This document shows, piece by piece, positions 29,339 to 37,387 of a DNA stretch of 64,000 nt. Positions within the stretch are counted from its first letter, which is position 1; every line of letters begins with the position of its first letter. The notes beneath the pieces are model-generated. The model saw nothing but the letters and a program-made list of their open reading frames with translations. It had not been told where the DNA came from and made no database searches. Both the position numbers and the translations under genes were made by a program. Source of the stretch: an uncultured Actinomycetes bacterium (lineage in GTDB: Bacteria; Actinomycetota; UBA4738; JBBDTT01); contig CAVUMN010000004.1 in assembly GCA_963742735.1 (NCBI GenBank), forward strand, positions 448,001-512,000, written 5' to 3'.

Positions 29339-30523
29339 CTACGCGACCGTGTCGCGGGCCAGCCTCAGGGCCTCGGCGAAGACGTCCTTCGCCGGGACGT
29401 CGGCTTCCCGCGCGATCCTCGCGCAGTCCTCGAACTCGGGGGCGACGCTCACCACGCGGCCCTTGCGGCGGCCGATCTTCACGCCGACCGCTCCGTAGGG
29501 TGTCTCGACCTTGATCTCCTCGCGTTCGAGCGCTTCCTTCTCCAGCTGCTGCGTCCGGATCCCGAGGGTCCCGGTCTCGGCGAAGACGATCTCCTTCATC
29601 GCCTCGGCGCGGTCGGGGGAGCACAGGACCGACAGGGTCACGCCCGGGCGCCCCTTCTTCATCACGATCGGGGTCAGCCACGCGTCCTGCGCGCCGGCCG
29701 CGAACAGCCGCTCCAGGACGTAGCCGTAGAGCTCGGGGTTCAGATCGTCGAGGTTGGTCTCCAGGACCAGCTCGCCGGTCATCGGCGAGGGCTCGGCCGC
29801 GGCCTCGAGGTGCTCCTCGCCTACGATGATCCGCAGCACGTTCGGGAAGTCCAGGCGATGCGTTCCGGCGCCGTAGCCCACGCCCTCCAGGCGCATCTTG
29901 GGCATGTCGCCGTAGCCCTCCGACACCGCGGACAGGATGGCCGCGCCGGTCGGCGTGACCAGCTCGAAGGGCACGCCCTTCGAGAACATCGGCGCCCCCC
30001 GCAGGAGCTCGACCACCGCCGGGCTGGGGATGGGGGCCATGCCGTGCTCGGTCCGGTGCATGCCGAAGCCCGTCGGGACGGCCGAGGCGAAGGACCGCTC
30101 CACCCCGAGCATCGACAGCCCCACCGCAACCCCGACGATGTCCACGATCGAGTCGAGCGCCCCGATCTCGTGGAACGTCACCAGCTCGATCTCCTTGTTG
30201 TGGACCTTCGCCTCGGCCTCGGCAAGGCGGCGGAAGATCCGGTGCGCGGTGTGCCGGGCGTCCTCGGGGAGCTCCGACTGGTCCAGGAGGGCGCGGATGC
30301 TCGCGTACGTCCGGATGACGCTGGCCGCCGGGGCGTCGACGTCGACCTTGATCGCCCGCACGCCCTGGACCTCGACCTCCTCGCGGGTGATCTCGAACGG
30401 CTCGATGGCCAGGCCCTCCAGGGTCGCGTTCAACTCGTCGAAGTCGGCGCCGGCGTCGATCAGCGCGCCGAGGGTCATGTCGCCGGCGATCCCGGCGATG
30501 CAGTCGAAGTAGGCAACTCTCAC
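29339..30523 (-). CDS. larC: Nickel pincer cofactor biosynthesis protein LarC
   Basis: YFDCIAGIAGDMTLGAL, FHEIGALDSIVDI, ELVTPTGAA, ETNLDD, MKKGRPG, PEFEDC. Confidence 0.93.
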   Translation of the reverse strand: MRVAYFDCIAGIAGDMTLGALIDAGADFDELNATLEGLAIEPFEITREEVEVQGVRAIKVDVDAPAASVIRTYASIRALLDQSELPEDARHTAHRIFRRLAEAEAKVHNKEIELVTFHEIGALDSIVDIVGVAVGLSMLGVERSFASAVPTGFGMHRTEHGMAPIPSPAVVELLRGAPMFSKGVPFELVTPTGAAILSAVSEGYGDMPKMRLEGVGYGAGTHRLDFPNVLRIIVGEEHLEAAAEPSPMTGELVLETNLDDLNPELYGYVLERLFAAGAQDAWLTPIVMKKGRPGVTLSVLCSPDRAEAMKEIVFAETGTLGIRTQQLEKEALEREEIKVETPYGAVGVKIGRRKGRVVSVAPEFEDCARIAREADVPAKDVFAEALRLARDTVA

Positions 30524-31197
30524 GGGCGGTCCCTGAGCATCCGGTACGCGAACTGCGCGGCGCCGAAGCCGTTGTCGATGTTCACCACGGCCACGCCGCC
30601 CGCGCAGGCGTTGAGCATCCCGAGGAGCGCGGCCAGGCCCTCGAACGCGGCGCCGTAGCCGACGCTGGTGGGGACGGCGATCACCGGCCGGGACGTGAGG
30701 CCCGCGATGAGCGAGGGGAGCGCTCCCTCCATCCCCGCCACGACGATCACCGCGTCGGCGGCCTCGATCGCGTCGCGCTCGGCCAGCACCCGGTGCACGC
30801 CGGCGATGCCCACGTCGGCCAGCCGCTCGACCTTCAGACCCAGGGACTCGGCCACGACCGCGGCCTCGTCGGCCACGGGGAGGTCGGAGGTGCCCGCGGT
30901 GACCACGAGGAGGGTGCCCGCGGGGCTGGCCTCGCGGCGGCCGACGACCACCAGGCGGGCCCGCTCGTGGAACTCGGCGTCGGGGGCGGCCTCCACTGCG
31001 GCCGCGTGCTGCTCGGTGGTCGCGTGGGTCACGAAGACGGGGCCGTCGGACGCCGCCGCGAGCGCCGCCACGAGGGCGCGAACCTGCTCGGGGGTCTTGC
31101 CGGGCCCGTAGATCGCCTCGGCCTGGCCGGTGCGGCGTTCGCGAAGAAGGTCCGGGCGGGCGTCGTCCTGGAGATTTCGGAGCGTTCGCTCGTCCAC
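30520..31197 (-). CDS. larB: Nickel pincer cofactor biosynthesis protein LarB
   Basis: GKTPEQ, AGTSDLPVADEA, DVGIAGVHR, AGMEGALPS, PTSVGYG, VVNIDNGFGA. Confidence 0.92.
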   Translation of the reverse strand: MDERTLRNLQDDARPDLLRERRTGQAEAIYGPGKTPEQVRALVAALAAASDGPVFVTHATTEQHAAAVEAAPDAEFHERARLVVVGRREASPAGTLLVVTAGTSDLPVADEAAVVAESLGLKVERLADVGIAGVHRVLAERDAIEAADAVIVVAGMEGALPSLIAGLTSRPVIAVPTSVGYGAAFEGLAALLGMLNACAGGVAVVNIDNGFGAAQFAYRMLRDRP

Positions 31198-31268
31198 GAG
31201 AGGCGCGATCGTATACTGGCCCTTCGGAAAAGGCCAGGTCAGAGGCCGTGCCGCTCGAAGGACGCCCA

Positions 31269-31754
31269 ATGACACTCTCCGCAGAGACGCTCACGATGCT
31301 GGTGCTCGCCAGCCTTGCCCTGAACGTGCTGCTGCTGTTCGCGGTCGCGGCTACGCGCGGGAAGGGGCGGGGGGCCGGCTCCGGCCGGGAGACCGACTTC
31401 CTGTCGGCCACGCTCGACGGCCAGAACCGCACGCTCGACCGTCTCGAGTCCGGGATCCGTCAGGTCGCCGCCGAGGTGACCCGGCTCGAGGGCCAGATGC
31501 AGAACGCGGTCCAGCACGTCGCGGTTGTTCGGTTCGACGCGTTCGACGACATGGGCGGGCGGCTGTCGTTCTCCGCGGCGATCCTGGACGCACACGGCGA
31601 CGGCATGGTCATCACCTCCATCAACGGGCGGCAGGACACGCGGTGCTACGCGAAGCCGGTCCGGGAGGGCGCAAGCCCCCACAACCTCTCCGAGGAGGAG
31701 CAGGTCGCGATCCGCGAGGCGCTCGCGGGGGCCCGCCAGACCGTGGAGGCCTGA
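31269..31754 (+). CDS. DUF4446 family membrane-anchored protein
   Basis: N-terminal TM and short coiled coil, then VVRFDAFDDMGGRLSFSAAILD..GDG..ITSINGR..TRCYAKP, LSEEE. Confidence 0.88.
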   Translation: MTLSAETLTMLVLASLALNVLLLFAVAATRGKGRGAGSGRETDFLSATLDGQNRTLDRLESGIRQVAAEVTRLEGQMQNAVQHVAVVRFDAFDDMGGRLSFSAAILDAHGDGMVITSINGRQDTRCYAKPVREGASPHNLSEEEQVAIREALAGARQTVEA

Positions 31755-32248
31755 TGATCTGGAAGCGCGAGGATGAAGCGCACGAGGAGCCGTCACTTGA
31801 TCCAGCGAGGGAGGTCCGGATGACAGACCAGGCAAGCACGGAGGTCACGATCGTCGGTCAGGGCGCGAAGCTCGAGGGGACCGTGGTCTCCGCGGGGTCG
31901 CTGCGGATCGACGGCCAGGTGAAGGGCCAGATCAACGCCGACGGCGACGTCATCCTTTCCCCCCAGAGCCAGGTCGAGGCCGACATCCGCGCGGTCAACG
32001 TGACGGTGGCCGGCAAGTTCAAGGGCAACCTGATCGCGAAGCAGACCGCCGAGCTCGCCCGGGGTGGCAGGGTCGACGGCAACATCACGGCGAAGAGCCT
32101 GATCGTGGCCGAGGGCGCGATCTTCAACGGGCAGAGCCACATGGACCAGCAGGGCCAGCAGGGCGCGCCGCCCGCGCAGAACGCGCAGCCTGCGCAGGCC
32201 CCGGCCCCGCCCGCCCAGCCGCAGCCCGCCGAGGCCGCGAAGCGCTGA
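31754..32248 (+). CDS. Bactofilin (polymer-forming cytoskeletal protein)
   Basis: TIVGQGAKLEG, LRIDGQVKG, VAGKFKGN, GRVDGNI, VAEGAIFNG beta-helix repeats. ATG overlaps the DUF4446 stop. Confidence 0.9.
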   Translation: MIWKREDEAHEEPSLDPAREVRMTDQASTEVTIVGQGAKLEGTVVSAGSLRIDGQVKGQINADGDVILSPQSQVEADIRAVNVTVAGKFKGNLIAKQTAELARGGRVDGNITAKSLIVAEGAIFNGQSHMDQQGQQGAPPAQNAQPAQAPAPPAQPQPAEAAKR

Positions 32249-32289
32249 ACCCAACCCCGCACGGCGTTCCCGAATAGGGTTCGTTCGGC

Positions 32290-33552
32290 ATGCTCGACCT
32301 GAAGGCGATCCGCGAAGACCCCGGGCCGGCACGGACGGCCCTCGGCCGACGGGGCCTCGCGGAGGAATTGGACCGCCTTCTCGAGATCGACACTGGCTGG
32401 CGCTCGCTGACGGCCGAGACCGAACGCCTGCGGGCCGAACAGAATGCGACCACGAAGCAGATCGGGAAGGCCGACCCGGCCGAGCGCGCCAGCCTCATCG
32501 ACGCCAGCAAGAAGATCGGCGACCTCCTCAGCGAGAAGGAAGAGGAGCTGAAGCGGGTTGCCGCCCAGCGGGACGAGCTCCTCCTGGAGCTCCCCAATCT
32601 CCCGGATGCATCCGTCCCCGACGGCGCGACCGACGAGGACAACGTCGAGCTGAAGCGCGTCGGGGAGCCGCCGTCGATCGCCGACCCCAAGGACCACGTC
32701 GACCTTGGCGAGGCGCTGGGGATGATCGACCTGGAGCGCGGGGCGCGACTGTCCGGCTCGCGGTTCGCGTACCTGCTGGGCCCGAGCGTGTTCCTGGAGC
32801 TGGCCCTGGTTCGGTACTGCCTGGACCTCCTCGACCCCCACGGGTTCGTCCCGGTGTCCCCGCCGGTGCTGGTCCGCGAGGAGGCCATGTACGGGACGGG
32901 GTTCTTCCCCACCGACCGCTCGCAGATCTACAAGACCGAGGAGGACGACCTGTACCTGGTCGGGACCAGCGAGGTCTCGCTGGCCGGGCTCCACCAGGGC
33001 GAGATCCTGGAGGCCGGCTCGCTGCCGCGGCGCTACGCCGGCGTCTCGACCTGCTTCCGCCGCGAGGCCGGCACGTACGGCAAGGACACTCGAGGAATCT
33101 TCCGGGTCCACCAGTTCGACAAGGTCGAGATGTTCTCGTTCGCCACGCCCGAGGCGTCCTGGGACGAGCACGAGTTCCTCATCGCGCGACAGGAGGAGAT
33201 CGCCAAGGGGCTCGGCCTGCCGTACCGGTTGGTCAACGTTTGCCTGGGAGAGCTGGGGGCCCCGGCCGCGAAGAAGGTGGACCTGGAGGTGTGGCTTCCC
33301 GGCCAGGGCGCCTACCGGGAGCTGATGTCCTGCTCGAACACGACCGACTACCAGGCCCGGCGTCTGGAGTGTCGTCTGCGCGGGGAGGACGGCAACCGGC
33401 CCGTCCACACCCTGAACGGGACGGCGTGCGCGGTGGGCCGGACGTTGATCGCCCTTCTGGAAAACGGCCAGCGCGAGGACGGCTCGGTCGAGCTCCCCGA
33501 GGCCCTGCACCCGTACCTGCCGGAGGACCTTCGGGTGCTGACGCCCCGGTAG
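32290..33552 (+). CDS. serS: Serine--tRNA ligase
   Basis: MLDLK.IRE, GTSEV, CFRREAG, RVHQFDKVE, SCSNTTDYQARR, HTLNGT. Confidence 0.97.
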   Translation: MLDLKAIREDPGPARTALGRRGLAEELDRLLEIDTGWRSLTAETERLRAEQNATTKQIGKADPAERASLIDASKKIGDLLSEKEEELKRVAAQRDELLLELPNLPDASVPDGATDEDNVELKRVGEPPSIADPKDHVDLGEALGMIDLERGARLSGSRFAYLLGPSVFLELALVRYCLDLLDPHGFVPVSPPVLVREEAMYGTGFFPTDRSQIYKTEEDDLYLVGTSEVSLAGLHQGEILEAGSLPRRYAGVSTCFRREAGTYGKDTRGIFRVHQFDKVEMFSFATPEASWDEHEFLIARQEEIAKGLGLPYRLVNVCLGELGAPAAKKVDLEVWLPGQGAYRELMSCSNTTDYQARRLECRLRGEDGNRPVHTLNGTACAVGRTLIALLENGQREDGSVELPEALHPYLPEDLRVLTPR

Positions 33553-33565
33553 ACTCGCCGCCCCG

Positions 33566-33652
33566 GGGGGAATGCCGGAGCGGACGAACGGGGCGGTCTT
33601 GAAAACCGCTGAGCCCGCAAGGGCTCCGGAGGTTCGAATCCTCCTTCCCCCG
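33566..33652 (+). tRNA. tRNA-Ser(TGA)
   Basis: GGGGGAA/TTCCCCC acceptor stem; anticodon arm GCGGT-CTTGAAA-ACCGC; long variable arm; GGTTCGAATCC. Confidence 0.94.
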
Positions 33653-33678
33653 CCCTCCTGCGCGACCCGCCGAACTGG

Positions 33679-33708
33679 GCAGGGGGACGGATTTCCCCGT
33701 CCCCCTGC
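33679..33708. terminator. GC-rich hairpin between convergent tRNA-Ser and cupredoxin gene
   Basis: GCAGGGGGACGG-atttcc-CCGTCCCCCTGC, a perfect 12-bp stem. Confidence 0.65.
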
Positions 33709-33725
33709 GCCCCGCGTTTGTGAGC

Positions 33726-34085
33726 TCAGCCGCCGGCGCGGACCTCCAGCGTTCCCTTCATGAAGGGGTGCACCTTGCAGAAGTACTGGTACACGCCCCG
33801 CGCGCTCGGTGCCCGGAACCGCCGAACATCGAAGAAGGCGCCCGTGTCGAAGTCGCCGCTGAAGGCGGTGACGGAGTGGGGAACGCCGCCGTTCTGACGC
33901 CCTCCGTCGACGTTCTCGACCCGGACGAGCTCGCCCGGCGAGACCTCCAGGGGTGTGGGGTGGAACGCGAATCCCTCGATCTGGATCCGCTCGAGGCGGG
34001 CGGCGCCTGCCGGGGCCACGGCCATCGCCACCAGCCCGACCAGGGCGAGCGCCAAGAACGCCCAGAACAGCTTGATCTTCCGCAA
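33726..34085 (-). CDS. Secreted cupredoxin (plastocyanin/azurin-like)
   Basis: Signal peptide; FAFHP..LEV..GE.V, PHSVT, YFCKVHPFMKG type-1 copper ligands. AAGGAG RBS before TTG. Confidence 0.87.
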   Translation of the reverse strand: MRKIKLFWAFLALALVGLVAMAVAPAGAARLERIQIEGFAFHPTPLEVSPGELVRVENVDGGRQNGGVPHSVTAFSGDFDTGAFFDVRRFRAPSARGVYQYFCKVHPFMKGTLEVRAGG

Positions 34086-34197
34086 GGTGATGCTCCTTTC
34101 TTCCCCTCGGCCGTACGGCCGAGGGCGGATCACACCATCCCCTTTGGGCGCCGTCAAGGGGAGGTGTGGGCCCCGGGCCCGCTGGTAAACTCCCGCC

Positions 34198-34287
34198 GGA
34201 GACGTGGCTGAGTGGCCGAAAGCAGCCGCCTGCTAAGCGGTTAGGGGGCGTTGAGCCCCCTCGCGCGTTCGAATCGCGCCGTCTCCG
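34198..34287 (+). tRNA. tRNA-Ser(GCT)
   Basis: GGAGACG/CGTCTCC stem; anticodon loop CTGCTAA; long variable arm; GTTCGAATC. Confidence 0.95.
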
Positions 34288-34291
34288 CCCG

Positions 34292-34369
<78 letters not shown>

Positions 34370-34478
34370 GTCTCAAGGGCTCGCGGAGCCACTCGCTCCC
34401 GTGAGCTTCGTGCGAGTGGGTCCCTGCGCTCTGCCGGTCAGGACGAGAATGACCGCGCCGAGGTCCACAGCCATCCTA

Positions 34479-34508
34479 TTGACCAGCTCCGCGGGACGGG
34501 TCTAACGT
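34479..34508 (+). promoter_or_regulatory. Putative sigma70 promoter of metalloprotease gene
   Basis: TTGACC-N18-TAACGT. The inverted repeat GGGACGG...CCGTCCC (34493-34517) flanks the -10. Confidence 0.5.
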
Positions 34509-34540
34509 GCCGTCCCACAGGCATCCTGAGGAGAGAGAAA

Positions 34541-35662
34541 ATGCGCCTCACCCGTTTGGTGCCGATTACGTTGGCGCTCTTGGCCTCTTCCTCAGTAGCA
34601 GCCGTCGAGACTCTGGCCACGCCGCCCAGCCCCCGGCGACGCCACCCACGGCCGCAGTCGGGATTCGCTTGCCGCTTCGCCGGTAGAGTTAGCACAGGCT
34701 GATGATCCCGGTTCCAACCGGCGCGACCATCCCGAACTCAGGCCCGGTGATGTCTTTATGGACCAGGGTGGAGTTGGCGCCGTCGTTCCCACGCCCGGTC
34801 GGGGGGTCACGATGTTTGGCTGGCGCGTCGACGACGTGGGCCAGACCCTCCGAATCGAAACCGAACCGGACGGCGCAGTGGTTGTGTTCAACGAAGGGAG
34901 GAGCGCCCCGCACCCGAAGAGGCCGGCCCGCCCGAACCCAACGGGTCCTACACAGCGCAGGGTGGTGGCACCGATGAATGCGGTGACACCCACTACCTGC
35001 TCATCGGCCATCCGACGACGCTAACCAAGTGGCTCAGCACGATGAACTGGCGATACAAGGAGACCAGCACTCCGTCGGAAGTTCAGATACCAAGCGCCGT
35101 CGACGCCCTCAAGGACGCTACGCGAAACATCACGACGGTTTTCGACAACTGCGGCTTCTCCGACACGGTGAGCGCGACGCACGCATATCTAGGGAACACG
35201 ACCCAGAGCACAAACATCATCTCCAGCCAACCCGCCTGCGGAAATGGTAACGAGCAAAGCATGGTCGAGTTCGGCGTGCTGCCAAACGGCTACGTGGCCG
35301 TCACCTGCGTCTTCGACGTACTGCACGACTTTATCGAGCAGGGCCGTTCGGCGACCATCGTAGAGTCCGACATGAAGCTCAATAGTGCGGGCCCCACTAA
35401 CGATCCCTATCTCTGGGTCGCCAACGCGGGGTCCGGCTGCAATGACAAGTTCGCCATCCGAGGGGTCGCAACACACGAGCGTGGTCATTCGTACGGGCTT
35501 GGCGACATCGATGCTGTGGCGCATCCCGAGTTGACGATGGGCATCGGTGGGCCAGCAGACTTTGATCGCATTACATGCAACGTGCCCGGCTACGAGGCAA
35601 GCGGCGAGATGCTCGCCTCGGTGGGCCTCGGTGATTATCTGGGACTGGACGATCTGTACTGA
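34541..35662 (+). pseudogene. Secreted metzincin (matrixin/snapalysin-like) metalloprotease, split by at least two indels (pseudogene or sequencing errors)
   Basis: Signal peptide MRLTRLVPITLALLASSSVA at 34541. The middle segment is in another frame. The C-terminal frame is open from 34898 and contains HERGHSYGLGD plus an LTM Met-turn. Confidence 0.7.
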
Positions 35663-35731
35663 GCGTGGCCGCTCGGTGAATTTTTGAGCGTGCGTAAACC
35701 CACGCTCTCGTCCAAGACTTAGATAGGCCGT

Positions 35732-36271
35732 ATGGAGCGGGTCTTGGACAATCGTGCCGATCCAGAACATCAGTCCGTCGAGCCTTCCCCGGGAGGGCGA
35801 GCGGCTTGGGCGGAAGTGGAGTCCCTCTACGTTGAGGGCTTTCCGAAAGTCTTTCGGGCGGTCTACTTACTCACGTTCGACCGTGAACTCGCGCGCGAAT
35901 CCGCCCAAGAGGCGTTCGCTCGTCTCCTCGAGAATTGGACGCGACTGTCTAAGCATCCCTCGCCGATCGGGTGGGTGACGCTGACCGCCCTGAACCACTC
36001 GAGACGCCACCTGAGGCGAGCGCGGAGGGAGCCGCGAATGGCCACGTTCGGTCAACCGCCTACGAGACCAGCGGAGGACGACGTGACGCTGCGACTTGCT
36101 GTGAAGAACCTGCCAAAGCGGCAACGACAGGCAGTCGCGCTCTTCTATTTCGCCGACTTGGCGATCGAGGACGTCGCGTCAGCTCTCGGAATCAGTGCGG
36201 GGGCTACAAAAGCTCATCTCCACCGGGCCCGCGCGGCACTGGGCCAGATTCTGGGGGAATCCAATGGATAA
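35732..36271 (+). CDS. ECF-family RNA polymerase sigma factor
   Basis: Region 2 (ARESAQEAFARL, GWVTLTALN) and region 4 (LPKRQRQAVAL, VASALGISAGATKAHLHRAR). Confidence 0.9.
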   Translation: MERVLDNRADPEHQSVEPSPGGRAAWAEVESLYVEGFPKVFRAVYLLTFDRELARESAQEAFARLLENWTRLSKHPSPIGWVTLTALNHSRRHLRRARREPRMATFGQPPTRPAEDDVTLRLAVKNLPKRQRQAVALFYFADLAIEDVASALGISAGATKAHLHRARAALGQILGESNG

Positions 36272-37061
36272 GACCAATATCGATCGGTGGCTTCGGAGCC
36301 TTGCTACCACCGCGCCAAGTGCCGAGCCTGACATCTCTGATGTCGTACGACGTACCGAGGTGCGCTCGGTCAGGAAACGAGGATCGGCCATCGCCGCGGC
36401 GGTCGCGGTCATACTCATCGGCGCGATCCCGCTGTATTGGATCGGTCGAGCAATGGTAGGCGATCTCGCTGCGACATCAGGGCCCCACGTGGCGTGCGAT
36501 GGCCATGCAACCGCTGTCGTATCCGCCGAAGTTCGAGCGACGGCCCGGGGGGTCCAGATCGTCGTTGAGAATCGCACAACGGAACCCATCGCGGTTACGG
36601 TAGTGGGGGTCGGTGGGTCGTCTGCCGCAGTCGGAGCCAGCGCGCTCCCGTACCCGGCAGGCGGCTCGGAGTGGCCACTGCCCCCAGGTCGTCTCCTCGT
36701 GAGATGCGCGACCTCCACTGGCGGGCAGTCGAACGCAGCGGAGCTCATGGTCGAAGATCCCGACGGGCACTGGCGCCCCATCTCACTTTCGTGTAGTCCC
36801 AGGACGGGACTCACCGATCCATTTCTGGATCCAGCCTTCGCGACTGAGGGCTCTCCTGAGGAGATCGTTCGTGCCTTTTTCGCGGAGCGCTCCATAGGCC
36901 TTGGCGAGGGAGAGACCCTTGAACGCGGGGGCTACCCGGGGTCGAGCGACCCCGTCTTTCGAATACGGAGGCAATCGACGGTCCTCGCATGGGCAGAAAT
37001 GGAGAGCCCTTCTCCCGGGAGGTGGATGGTCGGTTCTTGGGCAGCTTGCGTCCAGACGTAG
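36264..37061 (+). CDS. Putative membrane-anchored anti-sigma factor
   Basis: ATG overlaps the ECF 3' end. Short cytoplasmic N-terminus, single TM, Cys-containing extracytoplasmic domain. Confidence 0.65.
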   Translation: MDKTNIDRWLRSLATTAPSAEPDISDVVRRTEVRSVRKRGSAIAAAVAVILIGAIPLYWIGRAMVGDLAATSGPHVACDGHATAVVSAEVRATARGVQIVVENRTTEPIAVTVVGVGGSSAAVGASALPYPAGGSEWPLPPGRLLVRCATSTGGQSNAAELMVEDPDGHWRPISLSCSPRTGLTDPFLDPAFATEGSPEEIVRAFFAERSIGLGEGETLERGGYPGSSDPVFRIRRQSTVLAWAEMESPSPGRWMVGSWAACVQT

Positions 37062-37387
37062 GCGCAGTAGTCCTGCGAATGAGATCCGACCTCGTTCGGA
37101 GAACGTAGGAAGCCCCCCAACCAAGCGGGCCACTCGCGCGCGACAACCCCGGATGCCGTTTCGCGTCCAGGTCCCTGCCGAAGTCGCGCTGACAACCGAG
37201 CTGCGGGAGCCGCAGGTCCGGCACGATACGCTTGCGAGGAAATGACCGCGAAGCGAATCTCAAGAAGGGGCTGTAACCGGTCGATTCGGTCCTTCACGTC
37301 AGGGTTCCAATAGGCTCCTGCCAGGGGCACCAGTGTCTCCGGGGCCCGAGTCCGGATCGGCCCCTTCGGGAGATTCCTCGGAGATCG

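Larger units (their letters stand above)
34370..37332. mobile_element. Putative tRNA-associated AT-richer genomic islet (no integrase)
   Basis: Visibly more A/T-rich codons than the flanks. Begins at the tRNA-Arg 3' end and ends at a tRNA-3'-like fragment (CTCCTGCCAGGGGCACCA). Confidence 0.5.

Noticed and set aside
34379-34419. Alternative overlapping hairpins downstream of tRNA-Arg as a possible riboswitch
   Set aside because: Short GC-rich stems with no recognisable aptamer consensus; more likely a terminator or processing hairpin.
37271-37300. TGTAACC...CGTC as an ECF promoter for the hydrolase genes
   Set aside because: Spacing is longer than the usual ECF -35/-10 distance; not supportable without a matching second site.
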